DNA from: the human T2T-CHM13v2.0 reference genome, Homo sapiens
Direction: 5' to 3' (one strand)
Assembly (NCBI RefSeq): GCF_009914755.1
Contig: NC_060932.1
Length of the DNA stretch: 64,000 nt
Shown piece by piece: positions 16,440 to 31,418 of the stretch; within the stretch, counting starts at the first letter, position 1; each line of letters begins with the position of its first letter. Under the pieces are notes generated by a model. It was given only the letters and a program-made list of their open reading frames with translations, was not told the origin of the DNA and made no database searches. A program made the translations under genes and the position numbers.

Positions 16440-17410
16440 AGAGCCATCCGGGAAGGCCTCCGAGCTGCCCGCTTCCGGTCGCGCGGCTTGGAAGGCCGGG
16501 TTCGCACCCTGACTCCGTACCCGCGGCTCTGATGGGGGCGCGGCGTCGCCCGTTCCGGGGCGCGGGGACCTTGGTGCACAGAGTCAAATTGGCACTCGGC
16601 CGTCGCCGCCCCCACGGTTCGGGGCCAACCTACCGGCGGGCGCTCCTCCGCGGAAAAGCCCCGCAGTATCCAGAGCTCTCCGAACACAGCGGCGAAGCAG
16701 CCTTTCCTAGGCCCACACCCCCAGCTCGGGAGGGAGACTCCATCCTACTCCACCCCACGCTCCCGCTGTCCGAGTCGCCCCCAGCACCTGGCGCCGGCAA
16801 TCCCCGGCTGATGCAGCCAAAAGCGGGCCTGGTCCCCGGAAGCGCCCTGAGAGCCACTTCCGGGCCGCTCTAGGAAGGCAGCAATGACCGCCCCACTGTG
16901 GTCCGCTGGCCCGAGGGGCGGAGCCGAGGCCGCGCCAGGTCCCGCCCCCTCCCCGCCCGGGGGAATCGGGGGTCGCCGGCGGGGTCCCAGACCTCGTCTT
17001 AGACAGTTTTTTTTTTTTCTTTCCCCAAAGAAAAAGAAGGCGGTGTTGTGTTTCCGTTTCTGAGGTAGAAACTGCGGCCTGCGCCCGCGTCTCCCTCCCC
17101 GCCCGCGCAGAGTGAGGGTAAAGCGGGAGAACGCGTCCCGTGGTCTGGGGTCAGAATTCCAGTCACCTGAGGCTGAGGAGCTCGCTGGCTTTCGTCGGCG
17201 TCCGGGTGGGCGGCGGGGAAACCGCGAGACCTTGAGGATCAGCGCGGAGCGGAGCCGAGCGGGCGTCCCTGTCTCGTGTGGACGGTCTGCGCCTCCAGGG
17301 TTTTGAGAGCTGCCCCGTTTCCCCTCCTGTCGGGTGGCGTCCGGCGCGCGTGACTCGGTTCCGCTTTGGGCTGCTCTGTTGGGCCCTAGCGCAGGAGCTC
17401 GGTCCGAAAC
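16440..17410. promoter_or_regulatory. COMMD5: CpG island / COMMD5 promoter with candidate alternative non-coding first exons
   Basis: High CpG and GC content. ETS/GABP-type CCGGAAG at ~16835 and CACTTCCGG at ~16855; GC box GGGGCGGAG at ~16915. Minus-strand donors CCG|gtaggt (exon end 16634) and CAG|gtgact (exon end 17167). Confidence 0.85.
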
Positions 17411-17786
17411 AATGGCCGAGCCATTTTATTTAACATGTACTTTACCATAGTTAAAAAATAATATGCCAAAATCATTGAATTGTACAAAATGGGTGAATTA
17501 TATGGTATGTGAATTATAGCCCAATAAAACTTAAAAAAAAAAAAAAAACTCTGAAAAGGGAAACAACCTAATTAAATGGGCAGAAGATGTGAGTAGACAT
17601 CAAGGAAGATACAAAGTGGGTAATGGGTACATGAAGCCTTCGGCATTGTTGGCTATTAGAGAAATGCGAATGGAAGCCACGGGGAGGTGCCATTTCATAC
17701 CATTAGAAGGGTTATAATAAAAATGACAGGTTGGGTGCGGTGGCTCACGCCTGTAATCCCAGCACTTTGGGAGGCGGAGGTGGACA

Positions 17787-17962
17787 ACCAGATCTCAGGA
17801 GAACTCTATCATGAGACCATAACTTAAGGGCATGGTACTAAACCATTCATGAAAAGCCACCCCCACGATCCAATCACTTCCCACCAGTCTCCACCTCCAG
17901 CATTGGGTATTACCTTTCAGCATGAGGTTTGGGCGGGGACACAGATGCAAACCACATCAGCC
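17787..17962 (-). mobile_element. MST/MaLR LTR fragment
   Basis: aaaccattcatga...gatccaatcacttcccaccag...catgaggtttgggcggggacacagat..aaaccacatca matches MST-family sequence. Confidence 0.65.
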
Positions 17963-18161
17963 ATACAATGGAATAGTGTTCAATAATAAATAGGAGTGGA
18001 GACTGGGTGCAGTGGCTCATGCCTACAATCCCAGTACTTTATGAGGACTAGGTGGGAGGACCACTTGAGGCTAGGAGTTCAAGACCAGCCTGGGCGACAT
18101 ATCAAGGCTTCATTTTTACAAAATTAAAAAAAAAAACAGGTGTGGTGGTGTGCACCTATAG

Positions 18162-18244
18162 CAGGGGTCCCCAACCCTCAGGCTGTGGACCGCTACAGGT
18201 CAGTGGCCTGTTAGGAACTGACCTCACAGCAGGAGGTGAGGGCA
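18162..18244. mobile_element. MER1-like hAT DNA transposon fragment nested in an Alu (~18001-18350)
   Basis: Begins with the hAT TIR caggggtccccaacc. 8-bp TSD acctatag at 18154-18161 and 18245-18252. Confidence 0.75.
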
Positions 18245-18623
18245 ACCTATAGTCCCAGCTATTTGAGAGGCAGAGTGAGGACCACTTCAGTTCAGGAATT
18301 TGAGACCAGCCTGGGGAACATGGCAAGACTCCATTTCTAAGACAAAACAAATCAAGTCTAAAAACCATGCTGAGGGAGGATTGTTTAAAGGGAATGGATC
18401 TGGGAAGTTTAGAAAGAGACTGCATCTGTAAGATGTTATTTCTCTTTAAAATATCTGAAGCAAAAAGGTGAAGTGCTATCACTTGTGAGGTCTGGGCGGT
18501 GGTTACGTGGCAGACCCACCCCCTCCTGAAGTGAGGAGAGCCAGGAACCTGGGGGTGAGTTTTGGAGACAGTTCCCACCCAAAGGCCAGAGTGCCTGGAG
18601 TGCCTGGAGAACTCTCATCTTAT

Positions 18624-19095
18624 TGTAGCAGGATGAGCCACAGACAAAACTTCTCAGACACTGGGTTAAAGAAGGAAGGGGTTTTATTTGGCTGGGAGCT
18701 TTGGCAGACTTGTGTCTTAAGAGCTGAGCTCCTCGAAAAAGAAATTACTGGCCCTTTTAAGGGCTTACAACCCTAAAGGGTCCACGTGAAAGGGTTATTA
18801 TGATAGACTGGGAAAGCATGGAGAACATGACTGGAGGCTACAAGCATCAGCTAACAGAACAGAAAGTTTTACAATGCTTTCTTATACAATGTCTGGAATT
18901 TACAGATAACACAAGTAGTTTAGGTTAGGGGTTGATATTATTAACACCAGGGCCAGGTGATGGCACCAAGGTCATCTGGCTATTTATCTTCTGTTTCTTT
19001 CTCACTTTTTGTTTTCTCCCATTTCTCCTGTCTTATAAACTAGGCAAGACAGGGGGAGAGGAGGGCAGTAGGAGAAGTGGTGGTCTCCTTCCTTA
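18624..19095 (-). mobile_element. Solo LTR, LTR2 family (HERV-E/Harlequin type)
   Basis: Minus strand begins TAAGGAAGGAGACCACC and ends ...TCATCCTGCTACA, with AATAAA near the 3' end. Near-TSD ttat/ctat. Confidence 0.75.
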
Positions 19096-19204
19096 CTATG
19101 ATCAACATTTGTAAGTTAATTTAGCTTGAAACAATTTCAAGCTTAGATAAAAGGTTGCATGAATAGTGCACCTTCCCAGAGACCCCCATTCAAGGGTCAC
19201 CAGG

Positions 19205-19632
19205 TGTCCCTGCAATGTCTCTGAAGGAAAGGAGCCTGTTGCCTGGCAAGAGTGGTGTCATCTCGAAGCAAAATCACTGTGGTGGCCGATGTTAGACTCC
19301 TGCATACCAAGGTCTTCACACAAGGCCTGTAGCATTGATAACCCCTCAGAAAGATGCTACCTAACTTCCCCAGCAGTCATGAATTTTGCAAGAAAGTCTA
19401 AGACATCACCAGCTGCACATGTTTTTACCAAAAAGCTTGCTATATAAAGGATGCTTTCTGGGGGGCAGGTGCAGGGATCCACTGTCTTGTGGCTGCCCGA
19501 GATACTACTTTGTTCATAAGTTTCTAGTAAATGTTTCTTTTGGAGAAACTCCATTTGTCAGCCTCTTTTTTCAGCCTCTCAGCTCCCTTGGCCTTTGGGG
19601 GTAGGTTTGTGTGACCTGCTTACTGCGGAGCA
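19205..19632 (+). mobile_element. Old ERV LTR (LTR47-like, tentative)
   Basis: TATATAAA box at 19441, AGTAAA signal and an LTR-type end ggcctttgggggtaggtttg..gacctgcttactgcggagca. Confidence 0.45.
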
Positions 19633-20169
19633 ATCCCTCAGAGCATCAGGAATCGGCCGAGGGTCACAAGTTGCACCCACTTGTCCTGTTTCTTGTCTCT
19701 TTCAGTCTAGAACAGCCTCTCCATCTCCTGGACTTTCAGGACCCTGAAGTTTAATGTTTATATGCAGTCCTTTTGGAAATTTTTTCTCAAATTATCATCA
19801 TTCTCTTGGTCAAGGCAGTGACTGAGCCTGCCCAGATTCAAGAAGACATTGAAGATATTGCTCCTGCTCTCAAAGGGAGGGAGGCCAAAGAACCTGTGGC
19901 ATCCTCAGTCAGCCACAGCAGCCACCATGGTGGTAACTCAGGCAAGAAGCACCAATACCTGTGAAAGCCAGGTGTCTCCAGGGCATGAGGCTCAGGATGT
20001 TTACACAGTGTCAAAACATCACCATGCAATGTAATTATTATTAATTACAAAGGGGAATAAGGTAACTTCACAGGAGACAAACCAGGCAAACAGCACCCTG
20101 GTCAAATGATCTAAGACAAAACCACAAGTAATGGCACAAACCAATGTCATTCTCCAACTGTCAGCTGCG

Positions 20170-22150
20170 GTGGGAAGGCATCACCGCAGAGCTGCCTGAG
20201 ACACTTCCACCCAAACTTCTCTCCACTTGGTGTCAAGCTTGAAGCCATCTGATGGCCCCTCCATCTTCCTGGTTACCTCACTATTTTCTACCCCAGACAT
20301 TTCTCTGAACACGACGTTTGTATCCTTAATCTTGGTGTCTTCTTCTTGGAGGACCCAGACCAACACAAATGGGCCAGAAGCAGCTTGAGAAAACTGGTGA
20401 TCAGATGGACATTTGGGATTGGCCCACCCACTGTCTGCAGGTGAAGAGGGTGCTGTTCTGGTTAGGAGGTGGGGCACTGACGGTCCCTGGCACAAGGTGG
20501 TGGCTTCACTGCTAAGCTTTCCCTCATGACCTGACAAAATGTCTCAGCAGAAGGGAGTCTGTGCAAGGGACAATGACGCAAGCATTTGAAAGGTGCAAGG
20601 ATGGCCACGCAGGCCCCAGGATCCCAGAGCAAGTCTGCACCACCTGCAGCAGAGAATAGAACACTTGTCCATGGGACCCCCAAATGGCCCTGCATCCACA
20701 CTTCCCAGTGTGAGCTGAGCTCTGTCAGGCCTCCCCAGGCATGAAGTCAGGCAGCCCAGCAGCATCCATCAGAAGGTGGCAATGGCATGGCCAGGACGGC
20801 GTCCATGCAGGGCCAGAGTGCCAGAGTGAGCTGAGGGAGCAGGCAGTCTAGCCCACATGCCTCCCTCAGCTCAAGCCTATGGCTGCAGAGGGTTCCTGCG
20901 TGGCTGAAGGAGTTTGATTTGTAGATGGATGGGTTCAGTGCATGGCACACATAAAATGCAGCTCAAGCCTACAGCTGCAGAGGGTTCCTGTGTGGCTGAA
21001 GGAGTGTGATTTGCAGATGGATGGGCTCACTGCATGGCACACAGCAGCTGTGTTACTGCCACTTTCAAGGGTGGGAAGGAAAACCTTCCCAGTGGGCAGA
21101 ACTGCAGGCGGCATGCCCGGTCACCCCACCATCTGCAAGCAGAAGTGGCCTGAGGTGAGAATGCCCAGACTTCTGGGCAGTGGCCTTGTGTCCCCACCTT
21201 CTGGGGGGGCCAGAAGGAAAAGGAGCCTGCAGACCAGGTCTGGGTTGAGGCAGTGGTGAACACAAAGGAGGGGCACAGAGTGGGGAGGTGTTCGCACATA
21301 TCAGTGCCCACCAAGGCATCCAGCACACATGAGGCACGGAACAACCAAGCAGACAAAATAACTCACCAGTGGACACCAGTCCTCACTGTCAGCCACTCTG
21401 GAACATGAAAGGGGTGACCCTGGTGACAAAAATAAAGACTCCATATGGAAGACCTCCTTCACCCTGGGTCTCACGCTGCCAGGCGCAGTGACTCGTGTCT
21501 GTAATCCCAGCACATTGGGAGGCCGAGGCAGGAGGAGCATGAACTCCCTTACCAGGGCCTGTCTGGCAGCTGCCACCTCTGGATGTCCAAATTGTCCATA
21601 ACAGAGTTGATGCCATGCCCTTTCTATCCTGGAAAGGCTGGCAGTTTTTTCTCACACAGATGGATGCCTATTTCAGGTACCAGCTGGCCTTTCCTACAGA
21701 GCCTCAGCCCACACCATTGTCTGGGGCTTAGGTTGCTTCATTCAGAGGCATGAATCCTCACACAGCGGCATCCTAATGGGACCCACCTGTATTGTAGCAG
21801 CCAGCCTCATGCAACTCTGCACTGGCCTTCTAGAGGCTCAGCTGAAGCAGCAGCTTGGAGAACATGCTCTGAAAGGATGGCACCATCCTTTGGGATGCCA
21901 TGCATTAATTTGGATACTTTTTATGGTGCTGTGTTCCCAACAGAAAGAACACATGAGTCTGGGAAACTAAGATTTGAAGCAGGAGTGGCCCAATTCACCC
22001 AGACTCTCCCATAACCTACTGGGAGATTTTGTGTTTCCTCTCTACATGGTTCTAGACTTTGTAGGGTTGGAGGTCCAGTTCCCCAGGAGCACACAGCAAG
22101 GATCCCACTGAATAAGCTACAGTTGCTACAAGGACATTTGAGCTTCTCAA
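20170..22150 (+). mobile_element. Ancient ERVL-class LTR end plus internal pol (RNase H/integrase) remnant
   Basis: LTR-like end ttcttggaggacccagaccaacaca at ~20343-20367. Degenerate ERVL pol motifs (ggaaaaccttcccagtgggcagaactgcag ~ SQWAELQ; aagtggcctgaggtgaga = KWPEVR). Contains a 92-bp tandem duplication at 20867-21042. Confidence 0.55.
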
Positions 22151-22478
22151 ACCCAGGGACCCACCGAGGTCCACTGTGTTGACAGTTGAGGTAATTTTAG
22201 GATGAGTAATGAACAGAAAAGAAGAGAACATTTCAGCCCTGAGACCAGTTCCAGTGATGAAGACTGTAGCTAATCCAACTAACCACTTCCTTCTGAGTTT
22301 CTTTTCAGGAAGAAAGACCCATGGGAACCAGGGTTCTCTGAACTGGTAAGAATTAGAACTGGCTGGGTGTGGTGGCTCACACCTGAAATCCCAGCACTTT
22401 GGGAGGCTGAGGCAGGAGGATGGCTTGAGTCCAGGAGTTTGACACCAGCCTGGGCAACATGGCAAAACCCTGTGTCTA

Positions 22479-23280
<802 letters not shown>

Positions 23281-23383
23281 TGATCTGCCTGCCTCAGCCT
23301 CCCAAACTGCTGGGATTACAGGCGTGAGCCACCGCGCCTGGCCACCTTCTACTTTAATATAAAGGGAAGAGCGTGGTTGTTGA

Positions 23384-25050
23384 TTATCTGGCTGCTTCCT
23401 GCTGAATAGTGGTGCTGTAATCAGGGTTTGGGTTTTGAAGCAGTGGGTGTCTGACTTCTGAGTTGCTTTCCTGGCGGCGCTGATACTGGACTTGGCGGAG
23501 TGGGATGGTATCAGTGTCTTTCTGGGTGGCTGCCTGGACAAGGGAGTTCAGCCTTTGGGAGGTGAAGTGGGATATGAAGGTGAGTACACACAGGCCAACT
23601 GTTAGGAAGAAGAAAATTAGGGGCCCTAAGAAGAGGTTACCCAAGGCATCCACTTTAGGAGGGATGACCCCTGCCTCTAAGAGTTAGTGGCTTGATGTTG
23701 GATTTCTGCAGACCCGTCTCGGAGCCTGCGGGCTGTGTCTCAAACAGTGCCGTATTCGTGAACATTTAAACAGCCTCCTTCTTAGAGATACACACATGTG
23801 CGCCCCTTCTCAGTGGCTGACAGGTCTACGGCCCTTCGGTTCTGGAGAACAACTCCCACAGGGGAACCTACCTGCCTTTGGAGGCTTGTGATGGAAGTAG
23901 GCATGTCAAGAGGACTGCAGAGATTTATATATCTATATAAGGCAGCTGAGGCTGATACACCCGACCCGCCATTGTGGTGCCAAGTGCGACAGAGAGGCTT
24001 AATCCTGTTACCAGAAGAAGGAGATGTAGAGCTGGCTTAGCGTGCTCGGAGGAGGAGGAAATAGGGAGAGCCTCAATGGTTTGGTTGTTAGGCAAAATGT
24101 CAACGTTTGGAGATTGAAACACCAGGGTGTATGTTTGTAACCCACCTGCCGGCAGACAAAGATAAGTTTGTTTCATACAGAAAGAAAAGGGGGGTTGGGG
24201 GGGTTGGCAGGCAAAAGTTGTAAGTGAAGGTAGCGAGCTATGAGAAGATCAGGGGTGAATCCTGGACAAAGGTTTTGTTCCAACTTTTTGTTTTTCCAGG
24301 TTGAATAGCTGTTAACAAGGGTAACCCCTGTGAGGGCCGGATAGGGGATGTTGGTGGGGGAGGAGGTGAAGGCTGTTTGGTTTTGGAGAGAGACAGAAAT
24401 AGGTTTTCGTTAACAAGTAGCTACTGCAGTACGGGTAGGGCAGAAGGATATAGGTTGCAGCTGAGGGAATTGTGTGTGCATTTTTTCCAGGGAGCGCCCT
24501 TGAGTTGGTTACACGGAGAGCAGTGCTGGCAGAGAGGGGAGGGGTTGATAAGAGGTGTTCTATGGAATCCAACTTGTAACATGTTTAGATGTTAAGAGGC
24601 AAAGGAGAGTGACAGCCCTGTGTGTGACGGTGTGGGTGGATATGATGGATTGCGGGGAAAGGTGTTTAGCCGAACAAGATTATAAACAGGTTTTGGGAAT
24701 GAATTGGCCAAGTAGGTGAGATGCAGGTTTATTTTGGGCCAAGTTTCTGCAGTTAGATTAACAGGAAGGGCTGTGAACTGCTGGATTTGTGTGGACAAAC
24801 AAATTTACAGTTGGAAGAAAGAGGGGAGTGTGACTGATTTAAGAGAAATGTGTGAGGCTGATGAAGGGGCCCGACTGCCAGAGGTTGGGGGTGAGGACTT
24901 AGCATATCCCACAAAGGACAAAATGAAAAAAGGCAATTTGAGTAGGAGTGAAATTCTGAAAGGTACCCTGTAGCCATAGCTCCTGGATTGATGTGAGGAA
25001 TTCGAGTGGAGTATCCAGGGACGTGGGGAGGGAAAGATCTGAAACAAGGT
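23384..25050 (-). pseudogene. Disrupted ERV env (HERV-H-like SU/TM)
   Basis: ORF fragments TYLCLPAGG..TLVFQSP, fusion-peptide-like LLVTGLSLSVALGT, ISU LQNRR and transmembrane FLGPLIFFFLTVGLC; stops and frameshifts present. Confidence 0.75.
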
Positions 25051-26304
25051 ATGAGATAAAATATTTGAAATTGGAGGCAGAGAGTGTTACGGACCAGGGC
25101 CTTCTGGATAGGCAACTTCTGCACCCTTGTTAAGCGCAGTGAGGTTGGTCCTGTGAGGGAGGAAGAATAGTTTTTGTGGGGGGAGAAATTTTCTGGATGT
25201 GAATCTGGAGGTTTTTTTAGTTTGGAATTGTGTATCCAGTGTGGGAAGGGTGTTAGCTTTGCTGCCGTGGGAGTAGCTAGAATAACCTGGTGAGGACCCG
25301 TCCACTTTGGTAGGAGAGGGGAGGAGGAGGGGTCTGTGATCCAGACCCAGTCCCCCCTGGTTGTAGGGACAGGGAGGAGTGTTTTGAGGATGGACTTTCA
25401 GGCGGCGGCAAGTAAGCGTTAGTGTACTGTCTATTAGATGGTGAGTGAGGTGTAATGCTGGCCAAGTACCCCATGCAGAAGGGCGGGGAGATACAGGGAG
25501 ATTTTGGAGGATAAAGGGGCATCCATACATATGTTCAAATGGGCTTATGCTGAGGGGCTTGTGAGGAATGGCTTATAAATGCATGAGGGCCATGGGGAGT
25601 AGTAAAGTTTAGGCCATTTTAACCTCTAGGGAGAGTTTGGATAATTGTTGTTTTAGAAGGGCATTGGACCATTCAATCTTACCTGAAGATGAGGGTCAAT
25701 AAGGAATATGGAAGGCCCATTTAATGTTTAGAGCCTTTGCCAGCTGTTGGCTAACCTGTGAAACATATGTTGGCCCGTTGTCTGACTGGATGAAAGAGGG
25801 GAGTCCAAACCGGGGGATAATATGTGTGAGGAGAATAGAAGCAACAGTGTGGCTTTTCAGTAGTAGTAGTAGTGGTGGTAGGAAACCCCTCTATCCATCC
25901 AGTGTATCTACTATTGTCAGAAGGTTCTGGACTCATTTTACAGGGGGCATGCAGGTGAAGGCGATTTCCCAGTCCTGCCCTGGCAGGTGTCCTCAGGCCT
26001 GGTGTGTGGGGAAAGGGGGTGATTTGATAGCTTTCTGAGGGGAAGTCTGAGTGCAAAGGGAACATGCCTTAGTAATATCTTTGAGATTGGCAGCCATGGT
26101 GGGAGAATGTATATGTTTTTAAGAGCTGAAGTAGGGGGAGGCAACCAGCATGGAAATGGTTGTGCACATATAAAAGTACAGAAGGTTTTTTTTTTTGAGA
26201 CAGAGTCTTGCTCTGTCACCCAGGCTGGAGTGCAGTGGCACGATCTCGGCTCAATGCATCCTCTCCATCCTGGGTTCAAGCAGTTCTCTGCCTCAGCCTC
26301 CTGA

Positions 26305-26658
<354 letters not shown>

Positions 26659-26870
26659 TAAAAGATTTCCCTTGGTTATGGCATTTGTAGCCTTTTGGTG
26701 TCCCTTACAATGGATAATGGTGGCCTGTAGTGGTAGTTTAGCTGCCTCCACCAGCTTGTGTATGAGTTTGCCATTTACTATGGGGGTTCTTTTTAGCTAG
26801 AAATCCCCTTTCCTGCCAGATTAAGGTGTGAGAATGTAGGATGTGGTATGCATATTTGGTATTGGTGTAA

Positions 26871-27101
<231 letters not shown>

Positions 27102-29692
27102 TGATCCGCCCGCCTCGGCCTCCCAAAGTGCTGGGATTACAGGCGTGAGCCACCACGCCGGGCCAGGAATCAGTGTAAAAGTTAACCCTCTTTCCCTTTG
27201 TTAGGGTGAGGGCCCTGGTTAGGGCAACCAACTCTATCTGTTGAGAGGTAGTTCTGCCTGTTGCGAGGTAGTATGGGGTGGGAGAGCATTAGATTCTGAG
27301 AGTTTATTTTGGCAATGATGTTGTAACCACATGGTGGACATGGCTCCTTTAAAGAGCTTCCGTTAATGAACCATGTAGTTGTTCCCTGCAAAGGGGCTTC
27401 TGAAATGTGTTGGAAGGGGGAGGAAAGGGAGTCTAAGAGGTCCAGGCAGGAGTGAGACAGCTCAGAGTCAGAGGTGTTTACAGGGAGGAGAGTGGGAGGG
27501 TTGAGAGCTTTACCTTTCTGGAAGGTGATTAGAAGGTTTCCTATGAATAAGGTGTGTACCTGGTGTAAGCAGGATGGTGGGAGGGATAGAAGAGATTGAT
27601 GGCTCATGAGGTCCTGTAGGTTATGGGAAGATGAAATAGTAATGTGTTGGTAGAGAGTGAGTTTCTGTGCCTCCGAGGCCAGCAATGTGGCCGCACCCAA
27701 GATTTTTAGGCAGGGTGGCCAGCCTTGGATGACAGTCTGGTTGTTTTGAGGGGTATGCAATGGCTTGTGTTTGGCAGAGCAGTTCAAGAGCAAGGCCTTG
27801 TCAGAATGTACATGCAGAGTAAAGGGCTTGGTGGGGTTGGGCAGTCCCAGTTCTGGGGCCATTAAAAGGGTATTTTTTAGTTTTTTTTAAAGTGTGAATT
27901 GATGGGACGAGCCGGGTTCAGAGGCTCTAGGCTGGGCCCAAGTGAGGACGTGTAGAGCAGCTTGGCCAGCAAACAGAAGTTGGGAATCCACAGCCGGAAG
28001 TATCCCATGAGGCCCAAGAAGGACAGGAGGTCCTTCTTTGTGTGGGGAAGGGGCAATGTCTTGAATTAGCTCCTTTTGTTGGGTTAGGATGGCCTGAGAA
28101 TTAGGGGTTAGAACTCAGGTGAGTGACCTGGGTTTGGGCTACATGAGTCTTTGTTGGTGAGACCCAATATCTTTACCTATGGAGGAAGTTTAAAAGCTGA
28201 GTGGTGCGTTGGATGGACAGGTTAAGGGAGGGGCTACAGAAAAGTAGGTCATTGACTTATTGAGGGAGGGTGCTAGGAGCAATGGGAAGTTCAGCTAGGT
28301 CCTTGGTGACGGCCTGTCCGAATAGGTGGGGGCTGTCCCAGAACCCCTGTGGGAGTATGGTCCATGTTAGTTGGGTGGACATGTGGGTATTAGGATCTGA
28401 CCAAGAGAAAGCAAAAATACTTTGGGAAGCCGAATTTAAGGAAATAGTGAAAAAGGTGTCCTTTAAATCCAGTACAGGGAAGTGTGTGGTAGAAGAGGGA
28501 CTATGGGAGAGTGGAGTATGTGGGATGAGAGTGGAGTGTTGGATGAATTGGTATTACCACCTGGTTAACAACTCAGAGATCCTGGACCAAGTGGTAGGAT
28601 CTTGAGAATATTAGCTTGTAAAAGTTTACAGATAATAGGTTTGAGGCCCCTGAGGCTGCCTGGGTTAGGGGATATTGAGACTGATGATGGAAAATGGAGT
28701 GGTTTTGGAGGGTTATTTTAACTGGGATGTGATGTGTGGCTATTGTGGGTTTAAAAATGTTCCAAATTTCAGAATTAACAGAAGGTAACAGGGTGGATAA
28801 CGAGGATGAGGGGGAGAGGGAAGCATCTGGTGGCAGAATAAAATAAAAGGAGCGGAATTGCAGGAGGCAGATTGTATGGAGGCCTGGGATTTACTTAGTA
28901 TGTCCTGCCCCAAGATAGGGGCAGGGCACCGAGGGATAACCAGGAAGGAGTGGGTGAATGGGGTGTTGAATAGGTTGCATAATAGAGGACCAGTCTGTTT
29001 GTGCCTAGAGGGGATTCCATCAACTCCCACAATACAGATAGAAGAACTGAGGAGGGGTCCAGAATATTCTAATAAAACTGAGTAACTAGTCCCTGTATCC
29101 AATAGGAAAGACATGGGCTTACCAGAGACTGACCCTGGGTTCCGAGGTGGTGATGGCAGTTGGGGTGGTAGGCCCCTGGCCCCATCAGTCTTCAGTTAGA
29201 GGTGGTGAAGCGGGATGAAGAGTTTTGCTGAGCACAGTCCCACTTCCAATGTTCCTTGATGCCACAGATGGGGCAAAGTTTTGAGAGTAGGCCTTTGCCC
29301 AGTGACTCTGTTGGCTGCACTTAAAACAGGCTTCTGGTAGAGTTTGCTGCAAGGTTGAGGATTTCTGTACATGTTGGGAACCCTGTTGAATGGCAGCTGC
29401 CAGCATCTGGCATTTAGCCTGGTCTCTTTTTAGCTTTTGGACTTTTAGTTTTTCCTCTCTATTGTTAAAGACCTTAAAGGCCACTTTGATTAAGTCTTTT
29501 TGGGAGGTTTGAGGGCTATTCTCCAGTTTTTTAAGTTTCATTAGAATGTCTGGGGCTGACTGGAAAATGAAGTGTAAATGGAGGTAGATTCTTCCCTTAT
29601 TGGCATTAGGGTTCAACGTGGCATATTTAGTTATGGCCTTTGAAAGGCAGGAGAAGAAAAGAGCAGGAACAGCTTTATTTATTTATTTTTGA

Positions 29693-29866
<174 letters not shown>

Positions 29867-29877
29867 TGATTGTGTAA

Positions 29878-30138
<261 letters not shown>

Positions 30139-30144
30139 TGATAA

Positions 30145-30583
<439 letters not shown>

Positions 30584-31068
30584 TAGCCAGGATGGTCTCA
30601 ATATCATGACCTCGTTATCAGCCTGCCTCAGCCTCCCAAATTGCTGGGATTACAGGTGTGAGCCACCACGCCCGGCCGCTGAGTCTCTTTTTAAGCTGAG
30701 AGAGGTCGACTAGGGAAAAGGGAACATGAACTCAGATTATGCCTTTAGTCCCTGTGACCTCCTGGAAAGGGAGAACTTAGGAGGACCTTTGGCTGTGTGC
30801 CTGGTTTTTGGTGGAAGGGGGCTGGGCACGTGCCTAGTTTGTTGGCTAGGTTGAAATTAGAGGAGAAAGGTTTGTCTGGAGGAGGAGGCGTTTTTGTGGG
30901 TTTTTTGTTGAGGAGGAAGATTTGAAAAGGTGAACGGGATTGGCAGAGAGAGAGTGAGCCAGGAGCACAGATAAGCAAAGCACCTCAGATCATTTACGAT
31001 TGCACTGGAGGAAGTCTTTTAGATTATGTCAGATGTGGAAATTGAATGTTTTGGTTTTTGGCTATTGA

Positions 31069-31418
<350 letters not shown>

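Noticed and set aside
15869-16873. 334-aa plus-strand ORF
   Set aside because: It starts at a GTG inside an Alu and runs through a purine-rich tail and the CpG island, where stop codons are rare; low-complexity Pro/Arg/Ala product.
23384-25050. Possible domesticated env (syncytin/suppressyn-like)
   Set aside because: env is split over several frames with stops, a damaged furin site and a damaged CX6CC motif; there is no intact ORF.
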